Notes under the pieces: generated by a model
The model's input: the letters and a program-made list of their open reading frames with translations, nothing else
What the model was told of the DNA's origin: nothing
The model's database searches: none
From: Spongospora subterranea f. sp. subterranea
Lineage: Eukaryota
NCBI GenBank assembly: GCA_049724395.1
Contig: JAUGWO010000015.1
Location: 1-64,000, forward strand
DNA: 64,000 bases
Direction: 5' to 3'
Part shown: piece by piece, positions 12,347 to 24,827 of the stretch
How positions within the stretch are numbered: the first letter of the stretch is position 1
How the letters are laid out: the number at the start of each line of letters is the position of its first letter
Position numbers and translations under genes: made by a program

Positions 12347-14447
12347 TTACACAAACGGAGCGATATTGAGATCGCCTTGGTTAAAGCAACGGATCGGTTT
12401 GGGGTCAAACTGGGCCCTTACAGGTTGGGAATTGACGGTCCATTGCTCCTCGGATACCTTTGAAACGAACTTCATCGTTTTCCACTTCCACTCCGCTGCC
12501 TTAATGGGATTTTTTTCCTATATTTGAGGATCCACCTACAATGTTGTTATCTTCATCAGGTCGTCAACGAAACAACGCTGAATTTGAGCTGGATTTTCCA
12601 AGGTAAGACTCCATAAACGGAGCAACATTTATCGCTCACATGTCTTACTCGTTGGCGGCTACAACTGGACCCCTTGAACAGAATCAATGAATTCGTACGG
12701 TAGATTTTTGTACGAACGTTTGCGGGTCAGATTTACTGGGTTCATCGTAATGCCGACGAATCTTCGTGCATTTCAAATTTCACAAACTTTTCGCAAGGCC
12801 ACCTGGAGGAGTCAATTCGGGATGGCGATGAAGCACCTAAGCTCGTTTCATCCACAGACATTTTCGCTGCGGACGAAATTGCACGATCGAGGAAAATTCT
12901 CTAGAGCGTTGCAACGACAACCAATTCAAAACGGTTCTGACATAGGTTTACAGTTTATAAATCTTACGATGCTGGATGCGACATTTGGATTTGGACGTGA
13001 TTTTTCAACAACGGGTGCGCTAATATCATTTCGGTGGATGGACGATCATCGGGGTTGAACGATAGTAGGGAGACTAGCAACGATCTCATTTCACTACTAA
13101 CGTGCACAGTCTCTGGGAAAAAAGCGCCAAATCCTGTTCAAGGACCAATCTGAATCCCTGTCCCAACAGAAAAAGCACAAAACCGCACCTTTTTTGATGA
13201 CGTTTGAAAACCCACACCGAATGCGGCAGTGCAGAACGCTCTGAACAGATACATATGGCTTTCCACATGGGTTAAAAGGGCTGAATCCCATCAACATTAT
13301 AAACAGGATTACGCCCAATGCCCTAATCGATTGCAAATCGATCAGAATCGCGGGATCGCGGTAAATGGTGCAAACTACAGTGTGCGTCAATTACCAGATA
13401 TCAGACTTGAATCCAATTTCTGATCGTTCGATTGTCTCTGGAGCCATGAATTCGGGGGACCCCTGCGTCGCAGGGACAATACCACCTGAGCTGCTGGCGA
13501 TATGAGATGCACCAAAATCAATAACTTTGACTGTGAGGTCGGGCATCGAGACCATGATATTCGACGGCTTCAGGTCGCTGTGAACAATTGCTTTCGAATG
13601 CATAAAATTGACTGCCTCAACCTCAAATATGAAACCAAAGGTTAGCCAGGCGGTGACCAAATCGGCTGCATATCCAGCTCACCAATTGTTTGAAGACGGT
13701 AAGGGCAACATCCTGGTTAAGTTTGCCTCCAAATGCTTCAATCAAATCAACTAAATCGCCCCCCATGCACCTTTCCATTACGAAATATACGCATTTCTTA
13801 TCCTCAAATACGTCAATAAGTTGAACTAAACTAGGATGCGCCATCTGCTTGAATACGATCTCTTCTTGGTCGCTTGGAATCCGAGACTTTTTCAGCACGG
13901 ATTTAACAGCCACAATGTCTCCTGTCTTTTTGTGCCTGCCAAGTCGAACAATATTCATAGAAACGTTCTTATCGATACGTTTGTCGATCTCATATTCGTT
14001 CTCGATATCATTATAGCGCCGATTCTTGTGCGAAACGAACGACCGGAACGCCTTCAGTACCAACACAGACAGACGCATCCCAAAAAATAAATTGACGGTG
14101 AATAGCAACTGAAGCGGTAATCCAGGATCTATTGCGAGTCACGTTCAGAGAGATATTGAGTCACCCCGAACTGGCTAAAAAATTCCCAGGCATGAGTAGT
14201 CCATGATGTGGTATTTGGGATCCCGTCAACCGGCAATACGAAGTTTCACTATTCCCAATACGTGTAGTGAATCGGATCCCCAATTTTCCCGTGGCCATAG
14301 ATGTGAAACCGAAACTCCGTGCGTGACTGTTCGCTGTCTACTCGAGGGTCGCTCGCCAAGTCGCCGCCAGTCGCTGCAGCCCCTGGTATGGCCACGGGTA
14401 GTTGCCGGCACGTCCCGAAACTTCCTTCCCTTGATGTCGCGTCCATG
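12347..14447 (-). CDS. CAMK-group-like Ser/Thr protein kinase, multi-exon (ends approximate)
   Basis: VAVK, HPSLVQLIDVFED, VMERCMGGDL, HSDLKPSN, DFG, GSPEFMAPE, SDIW/ALGVILF and FNPDDRPS motifs between ~13010 and 14020. Confidence 0.85.
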
Positions 14448-15561
14448 ACGTCGAAATCGTCGGTCAATTCTCTCGCCCTTTTAGATTCGAACACCCATCG
14501 TGCGTCGATTCTCTTGGACAGATCATCGTCGGCTATGCAGCAGTTGGCCACGGATGGAATGGTCCGTCAGAGAATCATTTCACACCGGGAGCTATATATA
14601 AATCGGTTCGTTGTCGACCGGGCGAAATCGTCGATATTTATATTTGAAAATATAGCTTGCTTGTAAACGTGATATTTTTGGAAGACTGCCGACTTCGTAT
14701 ATTATTCCCAATACAACGTTGGCATCAACATGGTATCTCCCTCATTGCAATCTTCAGCTTTTAATATAGCGACTATCGCCAAAGATTCTGGTGGGTCACA
14801 TTCGACAATGATTTTTTTTCTCTATCACATCATCGCTAAAATCATCTAGTACAAGGATGTCAATCTAGATTGATCAAGACTCAAGAGATTGGCGTAATTT
14901 CTGTGCAATGCATTGCCTCAAAATCGTTTGTTCAGTATAGCGCCAAAGTAGCCATATTCCTTAAGGCAAAATATTCCTTTTGAATATGATCTAATCGTGT
15001 GATTGGAGCAATATTTGAATCCAGAGTACTTGAACTCAAGTGATGTCATAAAAGCAGGGGTTCAATGAAGATAAAACCTTAGCAGTGACGTATCGAGACC
15101 TGAAAGTACAACGTCCTGTTTGACGTGATAGTCATAATCGCCTCAATCTGCATTCCTGCGTTGCTCTCGTATAGTCTGGTCGTTCTATTCCTCAGGTGTA
15201 GTACTCGAAAGGAAGGCGTTAGCCAAATCGACAAAACCGGCTATGGAAAGCGCTGTTTAATTGATATGTTGATTACCCTTCTGGACAAACTACTTCGGCT
15301 GAGGTTTAGATCGATTGGGAATGACCTCATCCAGATCTATTACGTCAAGATCATCCTGTTTCTGCAAAAAGGTTGGTTGAACGGATTGAGTCGGTTGATG
15401 GGGAAGCGATATATGTTGCCCCTTACGCTTGACGATTGGGTTCGAGCGTGTAACTGATACGATTCGGCACCGTTCACCTGGCGAATAATCGGTTGGGCAT
15501 TATTGGCCGATTGTGTCCTGTTATGATCTTGTCCTAATCCTTTGGTCTGTTCCCCATCTCA

Positions 15562-17943
15562 TCAGCCATTATAAATCCATGACCAAGGCGCCGCCCCAAT
15601 TCTCACCTTGATCTGTTCCCTGTTCTTCCCACTCCGCTTTCGTGCGATATCGCGAACCATTTCTCGACTGGTTTCTGTGCCACTGTTGAGCTCATCCGTT
15701 GTATGATCGATTCCAGCCACATCGTTCTGGAAAGACACAGATTTAAAATATATCCTCACAACACCCCGATATTGTCCTTTACCGATATTGTCGTTATAGA
15801 CGACGTTGCCCTCTGCGGTGGGCGAACACTATCCTTCGTTTGCCGATCTTTTGAGTCGAGATCCCCAGCAGAAATACCACCTTTACTTGCCCCCTTAATC
15901 CGTTTCCACTTCTGATGACACAATATCAATAACGGATATACGATTCGGTGGGCTGTCGTTGATGTGACAAGACGTAAATAAAGGGCTTTTCTAACCGATA
16001 TTGGTTTAGGAGCTGTGGAGGTGGCCGATGGTTGATCCAGGCGGTTCAACACAATCGGCGTCGTAGTCGCCGTCCTGGTCTGAGCCTGAACCCCATTCCC
16101 AATCAGTCTGCTCACCGCCGACCGAACCCCCTCGAACACACGATAGATCAGGAAGACGACCGGTTCCGATTTCGCCATGATCCAGCTCATATTCGATGAC
16201 GACTCTCCCGCCCCGTGTGTGTTTTCATCTCCCCCTTTCGGTTCGATTGCCTGTTTCTTCATCGCTTCACTAACCGTCACTAAACGATCACAATCAGCGT
16301 CAGATAATCACGAGCCCAGTCCCATTGAGAAGTACATTTCCTGATGAATTCCGTTGCCCGTGAAAGGGCCTTCACCTGGCTCACTAGATTTCGTTTTGTC
16401 GCCATCCATGGCTGCAATTGCCCAATAAATTCATCGATACTATCGATATCCTGCGATTTCGTTCCTCGAGTCGAGTCCGACGATTCCGGTAATGTGCTGA
16501 CGATCGCCCCATCTGCGCCCCAATCTCAATCGACGAATCGGTGGACCGAACGGGGTGACCTTGCAGGTGACCAGCAACGAACGCCAGTCGATCGATCCGC
16601 GACGTCAACGACAGATACGTTCGGGACATCGCCTCGAGTCGCTTCAACGACGACGATAACTCAGGGTGTCGGCCATTGTCGTCGGATCCCGATCCGAAAT
16701 GGCGATGATCGAATGTCGCTTTGGTTCGGAACGGGATATAATCCGGATGAGGAATCTATCGCGATCATTTTCTCAGCAAAAAACGCCAGGCGATTCCAAA
16801 TACGTTGTTGGAGAACCGATTTCGGTTTGATCGTGTAGTGAAACGCCTCGAAACGCGATTTGGGTGGGACCAGGCGGGGCATCAACGACGACGTGAGAAA
16901 TTGCTCAGGCGGCGCCGACGAGAACATCGACATCTGGGTCGAGTGGCCGAACCCGGTCAGACCGTAATGGAATATCAGCCGAACCGACAGCTGGCACACG
17001 AACATCTCGTCGCGGTCGAACATGCGGAAATGGCGAGGGCCTGGGCTCGACTACGAGTCAAGTCCATATCGTGTTTGCGATCATTGGGGAGAAATACGGC
17101 CGATATTACCCGAATAACGTGGTGAAGATGGAGTGAGAATTGGCCCATTTCGTGATAGGAACCGAGATCGTAACTCGAGTGGCGATAGATCTGGACCCTG
17201 TTTAATTCCCTGGTTAGAACGGGTTGTCGTTTCGATTTGTGGAGCGCAAAATAGAAGCGGGTGTCTGGACCAGACCTGATCCGATTGGTCGGGTTCCCTG
17301 GTGTCAGTGCCACGATAACAGGAACGTGTTTGACATCGTTCCAATGGGCGACGCCATCGACACTTGGCCACACCTCTATCGTCCGCTTGGAGATGTTGCG
17401 AACGGATACGACCACGAATAGCGCATCGGTGGCGGCCAGACCTGAATTTACCGATCTGGGATTATTCACCGTTTTGTTTGATGTGTGCGCTCGTTTGTGA
17501 ATACTTCGTAGATCAAGTTTCGTCGCCGTCATGATGTCGATCGATAGGACTCCATGGATCTGAGGGCAGCGCTCATCCCTCCTTTGGACCGATACCGAGC
17601 AGAGCCCTTCCTGATCGGGATTCCCGTTCATCATTGACGCCAATTTCCCCACCCCCCCCGTCAGTCAACCCGCCTCCATGGCTGCCGTTGCTCCAGATCT
17701 GCAGCTCTGTACGATTCGATCGACCCTCAAACCCATCATAGCAGGTGTCTGTTCCCGTTCACCGTATTCGCCATCATATTCATCTGATGGTCCAACCCAA
17801 TCGTCCAACGATAAATGTATAATAAAACCTCTGCAATGCTCATCCTTGGTGTTATCAACAACTTGTTCTCCTCTCATTATCATTCTTTGGATAGACCCGT
17901 TATGACTTTGCTGTGCGAGATGAAACAATCGTTCTTCGCTCAT
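15562..17943 (-). CDS. C2-domain protein resembling CatSper targeting subunit tau (C2CD6/ALS2CR11 family), multi-exon (ends approximate)
   Basis: Core ~16780-17560: GVLSIDIMTA; VVVSVRNISKRT..W; MGQFSLHLHHVI; FVCQLSVRLIFHYGLTGFGHSTQM; SLMPRLVPPKSR. These parallel recalled C2CD6 motifs LGSVQIHLYEVI, FVCRLEVEFMFSYGNFGYGFSHQL and SMFMNLAPPPER. Confidence 0.7.
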
Positions 17944-19022
17944 GAAATCAGATACGGTTAATCAGTTCGGTCTGTGGGCCACTTGATTAGCACATTGGAG
18001 ATTACATTCATTCCAGTTCATTCGTTGGTCAACTCTCAACAACGACCACGGTTTGTCAGTTACAGATTAGACTCGGCGATAAACCACATTTAACAGGCGA
18101 AGAACTGTCGACACAACGACAGGGAAATGACTCGAACGACGATGAAATATTTCATTTACGACTCCAACTATCAGGTTCATATCCCTCGAATGGGGAGGTT
18201 TCAGCCAATTCCTATTCCTTGGCATCAAATAGTACAACGCTATCGTCAATGGTAAATCGTGGGAGAGCAGTTGTTTTGACAACAAAACAAGTATTCGATG
18301 AGAAGAGCCTGTCAAGGTCGTTGGCCGTTTATCCATAAGCGCGCACCGTCAAGAGGATTCGACGAACGGGTCTCGCCAAGGTTCGTTTGTTGGTGTTTTC
18401 GTCATTGTCTGTATTTATAACATGGTATTTGCGATGAATGTTGAGATTTATCGTTTAGGCGATGGTAATCTTTACTCTCGTCTTGTACCGAACATAGCGC
18501 CGAATTCAACAATAAACGTGTCTCATTTTTCATGGCAAATTCATAACCCTTAATTTCATTTGTCCTCATCACCTATCTACCTGTGGTTAACCGCCTTCAT
18601 ATTGATACTCGTCGGACTCGAAAACCACGAACAATTCGAGAACACCAAAACCACAAACACCGCGAAACAAATCGCCCATCAGATGATGTCTCAGGAAAGA
18701 TGATCCAGGATCACAGGGAAGATGAGCGACCATTATCGGGTCGATCGCGATGAAGTGTACCCCTTAACTGGACCTTGTATGATAATCCCCGATCAGCTCA
18801 TCATCATTCCTGACATTGCCCAGTAATCGTTATCCGGTTCGAATCAAGATCCGCTGTTCGAAGACAGGTTCGGGTGGGCGATGGCGGAAGGGCAATCGAC
18901 TCTGGGAATACCAGGGCAATTACATATATCAATACAGCACTATAAGGATGGGCGGATCGGATTGGGTCTAGAGACGGCAGAAGGCGGAACACAACATGAT
19001 CTGAGTATTGTTTTGAGGTGGT

Positions 19023-19304
19023 GTGTTTGAGACAGAGTTGCTGAGATGCTGTCCAGACAGGGTGGATCCGGCCACAGAAGACATGATCAACAACATCAGA
19101 CGGTGCACAGCCAAGGTCGGGCAACACCATTATATAGCCGATAAGGATCTGGAGTCGGGCAAAGACCAGACGCAGCAGCTGAAGACGATCGAGTCGCAGC
19201 TCCAGGAAATGGATCAGGTATTTCAGTGGGCCACCAAGATGAAGGAGGGCGTCCAAACAAGTTTGGATCAAGACGTTATCATCGCGTTCGAGGAATTAAC
19301 CTGA
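19023..19304 (+). CDS. Probable last exon of a small hypothetical gene (coiled-coil-like)
   Basis: Open 93-aa frame with heptad-like QQLKTIESQLQEMDQVFQW followed by AT-rich sequence; upstream exons not resolved. Confidence 0.35.
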   Translation: MFETELLRCCPDRVDPATEDMINNIRRCTAKVGQHHYIADKDLESGKDQTQQLKTIESQLQEMDQVFQWATKMKEGVQTSLDQDVIIAFEELT

Positions 19305-19409
19305 ACTGGGCAGTTTAGTGGAAAACAAAGTACTATTGTCTTCAAATTATCTATATTAAAGGTCTGGTTTATTATCATTCTTTGTACAGAACACGGTTGA
19401 AACTTTGAT

Positions 19410-20123
19410 TTATTGATCCAACTGGAATATTAGCCTATGGGCCATATCGGCATCGTCATATTGCCCAAATAGCTGTTGAACCAGCAGTTTAATCTGAGCC
19501 TTCTCTTGCCTAATCTCCTCCTGCAGATTCTTATGCTCTTGCATATCGACATCGTCAGCGCAATTTACGTGTTGATTCACGGTCGTCATCATCTCGACCA
19601 TAACACCCAGCGCAGACGACTGCTCTTCCTCCCAAGAAATCGTTTCTAGATGATCGACATATCTGCTCAATAACTGCCCTTGGTTGAAGGCGTGCTCGCG
19701 ATTAAATATCGCCCCAATGCCAGATATCGATGATATCGACGAGGCTCTCGATCGAAATTGGTGCTCGCCGTCGCCAACTGTGTTAGACCCAACGCAGGAT
19801 GAATTGTCTTCTTCATCATCCCCTAGATCAGAAACCGTGACACCCATGTCTCGATAGTCCATCTTCATTGTCAGGGCGTTGGCTGATTCTCCAGCCACAT
19901 CTTGGATGGCGTTCGGCTTCGACGGCCTCATCGCGATGGTTTCCCCCGATCCCGACGCTGCCCAGGTCGTCTCTTCCATACCTGATGATTGTGGATCACT
20001 CCATGTAATCTCCGACTCTCTCTCCCTTGATGCGTGTCGGGTTGATGCCTCCTTTAACCTATGACCAGCTTCTATCCTTATCGGCCGACTTCTCCAACTT
20101 TGCTGCGCGTGCCTAACACTCAT
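19410..20123 (-). CDS. Hypothetical protein, 237 aa
   Basis: Uninterrupted ATG-TAA ORF with low-complexity middle and helical C-terminus; no family recognised. Confidence 0.55.
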   Translation of the reverse strand: MSVRHAQQSWRSRPIRIEAGHRLKEASTRHASRERESEITWSDPQSSGMEETTWAASGSGETIAMRPSKPNAIQDVAGESANALTMKMDYRDMGVTVSDLGDDEEDNSSCVGSNTVGDGEHQFRSRASSISSISGIGAIFNREHAFNQGQLLSRYVDHLETISWEEEQSSALGVMVEMMTTVNQHVNCADDVDMQEHKNLQEEIRQEKAQIKLLVQQLFGQYDDADMAHRLIFQLDQ

Positions 20124-20546
20124 TGAGTCAACTACTGGTTTGGGATTTTGGAAATGAACCTTGATCCTAAAGATATATATAAACGCATATACCGATTTAA
20201 TTTTGATCGATCAGAATTTAATCCTTCTCAACCCAATGATAAACGGAGCCATAAAAACACTGGATGTCAACTCACCCTTCCGTGGCATAATTCTGGTGAT
20301 CGTCGTCGTCGATCTTGCTCTTCTGGAGATTGGCGTGAGGATAGTTGGGGATCAGATGCAGGTACAGTTGTTTCCTGGCGGCGTGATCCATGGAGGAGTG
20401 GTGAGGCGGCGATCCGGCGGGAACGATGTGGTAAACTTGGTTCCGTCCCCTAAATCGAGTTTTAGGGATATGCGGTATCGGGGTGGCAGGTGGTTGAGGT
20501 TCCACCACCAATCCTACCCCTGAGACAGTCTGGTTACAGCTATGAG

Positions 20547-20573
20547 GGAGGAGGAGGAGGAGGAGGAGGAGGA
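20547..20573 (+). repeat. (GGA)9 microsatellite
   Basis: Directly visible. Confidence 0.95.
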
Positions 20574-20782
20574 AGAGGCCTCCTCTACCCTCTCTGCCTG
20601 GCGCCCTATCGCTCGCTGGTGACGACTGCCGCCCCCTCCACCGTTGACGACACTGACCAGGGAGGTGGCCTCTTGTGTCGCCCGTCTCCCTGCCCTCTCA
20701 TTGACCAGGGAGGAGGCCTCTTCAGCCTGACCAATCGCCTCTGATGCTCTCTGGTTGCAACGGCTCACACCTCCACAGTAAT

Positions 20783-21645
20783 TTCCCTTGTCTTGCCGAG
20801 GCGCCATTAAAGAAGGCGCCGGGACATCCAACCTGTACCCGGTCGGTAGAAGCGGGCCCATTTCAGACTCGTTCAACGCTGGGGGCGGATCTTGAACCGT
20901 TTCCTGTTGGCGATATTGCAGCATTATGGCAGATTTACTGCCCTAGCGACTAACAACACTCCTATATCTCAATGATGATCGTTGCCCTTAAGTCAATCAG
21001 GGTGGCATTAGTTACAGTCCCTGAATTGCTTCGATATATACTTCCAGATTAAAGATCGAGAACGATTCCATCGAATGGAATTGCAGTGCAATTTGACTCA
21101 ACAGCAATCTATGAAGGATCCTATTGCGTGATTTTCAATAGTTTAGAACTATCGAGGACTACATCTGCGGTCAATCGATTTTGATTTGAAGATGATGACG
21201 CACGTTTTCGAATTCAAAAAATCAATCTGTACATACACTGGGAGGGTGTAATACAATACAGTGTGTGGGGTGTACGGACTACAGGTTTACGGTAGATGGA
21301 CCTCACAACAACCAACGTGCCAGGGTGTCAACAATGTCCGGCCTGTCTGAGAATATACACTCCGCCGTACGACACTTGGCCAGTCTTCGACGTGGGTGGT
21401 GCTGGACGAGGTCGTGTTTCTGACTCTACCAGTTGTTAATACCCCCCCCCCCCAGGATCGAGAAGCTACGCGCGTTATTGCAGAACGTGTTCGATCTGCC
21501 ATAATGCTGCAACATCGCCAAAAGGAAACGGGGCAAGATCGACCTGCAGCGTCGGAGGAGTCTGAAATGGGCCAGCTTCTACCGACCGGGTACAGTTTGG
21601 ATGTCCCGGCGCATTCTTTGATGGCGCTCGGCAGGACAAGGGGAA
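20783..21645. repeat. Inverted duplication; arms 20783-20934 and 21494-21645
   Basis: Opposite-strand translations MLQYRQQETVQDPPPALNESEMGPLLPTGYRLDVPA and MLQHRQKETGQDRPAASEESEMGQLLPTGYSLDVPA; the DNA aligns by eye. Confidence 0.92.
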
Positions 21646-22160
21646 TGGCTGTGACAAATAACGACGCGTCTGGCGATCCTACTGCGTTGAAATATGATAT
21701 CAGCTGTGCTGTGCGCTTGCTATCGTATTTGCACACGTTCTGCAATGATGCGCATAGCTTCTCAAACCCTGGGAGATGATTGGACAGCAACTTCTAGATC
21801 AGAAACACGACCTCGTCCAGCACCACCACGTCGAAAGAGCTCAAATCCGATCCTGCCTTTGCGAATCATGACTCCAATAGGATCCTTGTCTTTTGCGACA
21901 ATCTTGAGGCACATATTGCCACAGGATCCGTTGATGCAATGAAGCCTATCGGAAGACTTATGTTCTTTCCTACTCAATGTCACAAGGCTATCATCAACGT
22001 TGGCTTCAACCGATCGGGACGCGACCGACCAGGAGCTAGAATTCAAGACAACAGGCTTCAGTTGGGTAGGAAATTTTCAAACTGTTCCTAATTTCGGTTG
22101 CAGTGGACGTCGGTGCTGGAAGAATGATAAAATACCTCATCACTTCTCGCTTGGACAAGC

Positions 22161-22616
22161 ATGTCAAAATGGATTGACGGCAAATATTTACTGCTCGAGA
22201 AAGACGCGTTTTCATCATCAAATCCGATAACTCGGGTGTTCTCTGAAAAAGGTGATATAGTACAGATTATCAAGGCGATTGCCAAGGGTGTTATTACAGC
22301 ACCGCGTGCCACCCTACACGGTCAACCAGTGCCATCGGATTCCGTTTTCGTTCTAATTCAGGTGGGCCAAGCCGGTGACTTACTGGGCAACGATTCTTTG
22401 GAGAACCTGTTGGATATTTCATTTTCTACCAGCTGTTTATTAACAAAGCGAATATATTCAAGTTCTCATTCCAAATGGAACACTGCGGTGATTAAGAGTC
22501 ACTCTGCGATTCTTGAGAGGCCTCAGACATTTTCCTCAATGATTCTATCATGCTTCGATCTTTTGTTTGTTAATAAACTGATCTTGCGTCCCTGTTGTAT
22601 CCTGTTCTCGACCTGA
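22161..22616 (+). pseudogene. ORF fragment with a motif resembling the CACTA-associated Tnp1-like domain
   Basis: IAKGVITAPRATLHGQPVPSDSVFVLI resembles the VAxGx(n)HGxPLxxxxxxVxV pattern; lies directly upstream of a transposase pseudogene. Confidence 0.35.
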
Positions 22617-22620
22617 CACC

Positions 22621-23470
22621 ATGGTCCTTGCACGACAAGGAGGACTATTCGCTGCAACTGATGGCCAGCATACGTCATCGAATACAAAAATGCAGACAAT
22701 CTACGCTTACTTCTTTTTGGGGCTCACTGTTGCAAAGATTGCCACGATTTTCAGAAAGGGCAATGGGTTCATTAGCCGATGGATCAACCGGTACCAAGAA
22801 ACTGTGAGGTTTCTCGTTGTTCATCCCAGCGATCAAACCCGAAATACTCGCCCCCGCAACGCAAGTGGATTTTTGAATTTATCTTAAAACATCCGTTATC
22901 ATTCCTAGATAACACACGACATGCTTTCATTCTTGAATGGGGGGTAAATATCATCGTTCCCAGTGTTTGGAGGATTATGTCGGAGAATAAACTAACTTAC
23001 AAGGTACGATGATTGAGGTTCGTTGCTTGTCATTGATGAAATCTACGTTCGTATTGCAGTACATAGAGCGTTGCGCAATCCAGATCAGCCACAAAAAGAT
23101 ATAATTCGATTATTCAACGAGCTGAAAGCAATTGTTTGGACGCGTGCAACGTTGACGTTTCTCGACGAAGTTTCATTCGACAATCGTGGTATGCTCCGTC
23201 GTCGAGGTTATGCTTTGAAGGTACAGGATATGCATGGTCAACACCAATGATAATATTTTCTAGGGGAAAATGCTCCATTTTCGTGGTGAATTTACACGGT
23301 CGCCCCGAGTTTCCTTACTGTGCTTTCTCGATTGTGATGGGCTTGTTCAGACGTTTATGACCGAAAGAACCTTTGATTGTACTACGTTTCTGAGGTGCTG
23401 TAGATTGTTTGCAATATCTGGTCTTGTACAACAATATCCAGGGATGCGATCTATCTGGATTCTGGATGAG
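22621..23470 (+). pseudogene. IS630/Tc1-like transposase pseudogene with two spliceosomal introns, 3'-truncated
   Basis: HTH (VAKIATIFRKG..FISRWINRYQET); SVWRIM..NKLTYK/YIERCAIQI; FLDEVSFDNRGMLRRRGYALK/GKMLHFRGEF; IWILD. Introns 23004-23059 and 23221-23263; frameshifts present; third acidic residue missing. Confidence 0.85.
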
Positions 23471-24099
23471 CAGATAAGGCGTTTTCGTGAAGCCTTGCTG
23501 CGATCAGAAGCAATATCACATTTGAATCAAAACAATCAATCGTAAAGCAGTTGCAATTGCCTCAGTTTGGTCTTTGTTTGAAAAGTTGGTGAACGCGGTG
23601 GGAACCGATTCACTGCGGAACAAAAACCGAGGTAAATTCATTGGTTTTTTTTTTGCGATCGCTCGTTCGAGCCTTTACGACGCTACATAGATCTATAAGC
23701 AACCACGAATCAACTCCTCCTCCTCTGCTTTACTTCAATCAAATCCCTCCTCGTCTGCTTTACTTCAATCAAATTCTCCTCCTCTACCTACTCGTGGCGC
23801 GGTCTCAGTCCTCCCGCTCATTCATCCGGTCATGGTATTCGTACGTAATAAATGGCATTCGAATTTATCACGGATTGTGTGTGTACGATATCTTATAGAT
23901 CCGGGTCTTTTCTCGCCGTTCTATTGTCGGCGACGATTGATTCGTTCGGCATTAGCGTTCTAACCCGAACGCGTCACAAAGGCCTTCACTGCAAACTAAG
24001 GGTTCTTGCCTTTAATCTACTATTTTCTATACTTGCTTTGTCACTTCATGGCCGGAGGCAAGGGCAGCACTATCACGTCGTGAGTAAACCCTTCGCCAC

Positions 24100-24337
24100 G
24101 ATTGGCAAGAACAGACCACCGCTCAACAATACAGTTTTCGATGTTAACGTTTTGCCGTTAGAATCGACGGATCCAGCAATCGTTCTCGCTGATGGACGAA
24201 CAATCACGGCCACGACGGCTGGATCCGTCACCCTACGCGGATCTAACGGCAAAAACGCTAACATCGAAAACGTTTTATATGTTCCCGGATTGAGACATGG
24301 ATTGTTCTCAAGTAGAAATCATTCGCTGACGACTTGA
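24100..24337 (+). mobile_element. Ty1/copia protease-region fragment
   Basis: IVLADGRTITATTAGSVTL...IENVLYVPGLRHGLFS. Confidence 0.75.
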
Positions 24338-24640
24338 AATTATCTCGGCACCAATGCATCGTCACCGCCGCAGGACGTGGCAGAACCCAGAACATCATCG
24401 AGCCATAACAGAGCGCAGACGTATAGTGAGTTCTGCAGAACCTGTTGCATCCCGGCTTGGAATGTCGCCACTGAGTCCACGATCCCCTGGATCAGTCGTC
24501 GTGGTGTAAAAACAGCTTCATGTTTCTTGCCAGAACTGGCCTTGATGTTAATTGTGGGAAGTTGCTACATTTGTTTAACAAAAGTGCGATCTTTGCAAAA
24601 TTCTGCATAGCTATCGAAGAATAATCCGTTTACCTCGGAG

Positions 24641-24720
24641 GGCTTTTTGCCTTGTTTGCCCATTTTGCGTCGGGAAGAGGTTCCAGGTGAAAAAAAACAG
24701 TATTGCTGGGTTTCTGTAGC
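24641..24720 (+). repeat. Dispersed ~75-bp repeat; second copy at ~40649-40727
   Basis: CCTTGTTTGCCCATTTTGCGTCGGGAAGAGGTTCCAGGTGAAAAAAAACAGTATTGCTGGGTTT vs CCTTGTTTTCCCCTGTTTGCGTCGAGGAGTAGGTTTCTGGTGAAAAAAACGAGTTTGCTGGGTTT. Confidence 0.8.
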
Positions 24721-24827
24721 TAAGGCGTCAAATAGAACACTACCCGGTCATCAATATTATGCATTTTTACTCAACTAAATATATTGGCACTGTCATGAAG
24801 TACCAGTTACTGAAATTTTGATGAACA

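Noticed and set aside
14370..14450. EGSFGTC as a second kinase Gly loop
   Set aside because: Not followed by VAxK or other subdomains.
21900..23600. Fanzor/TnpB nuclease next to the IS630-like transposase
   Set aside because: No RuvC or zinc-finger motifs seen in neighbouring frames.
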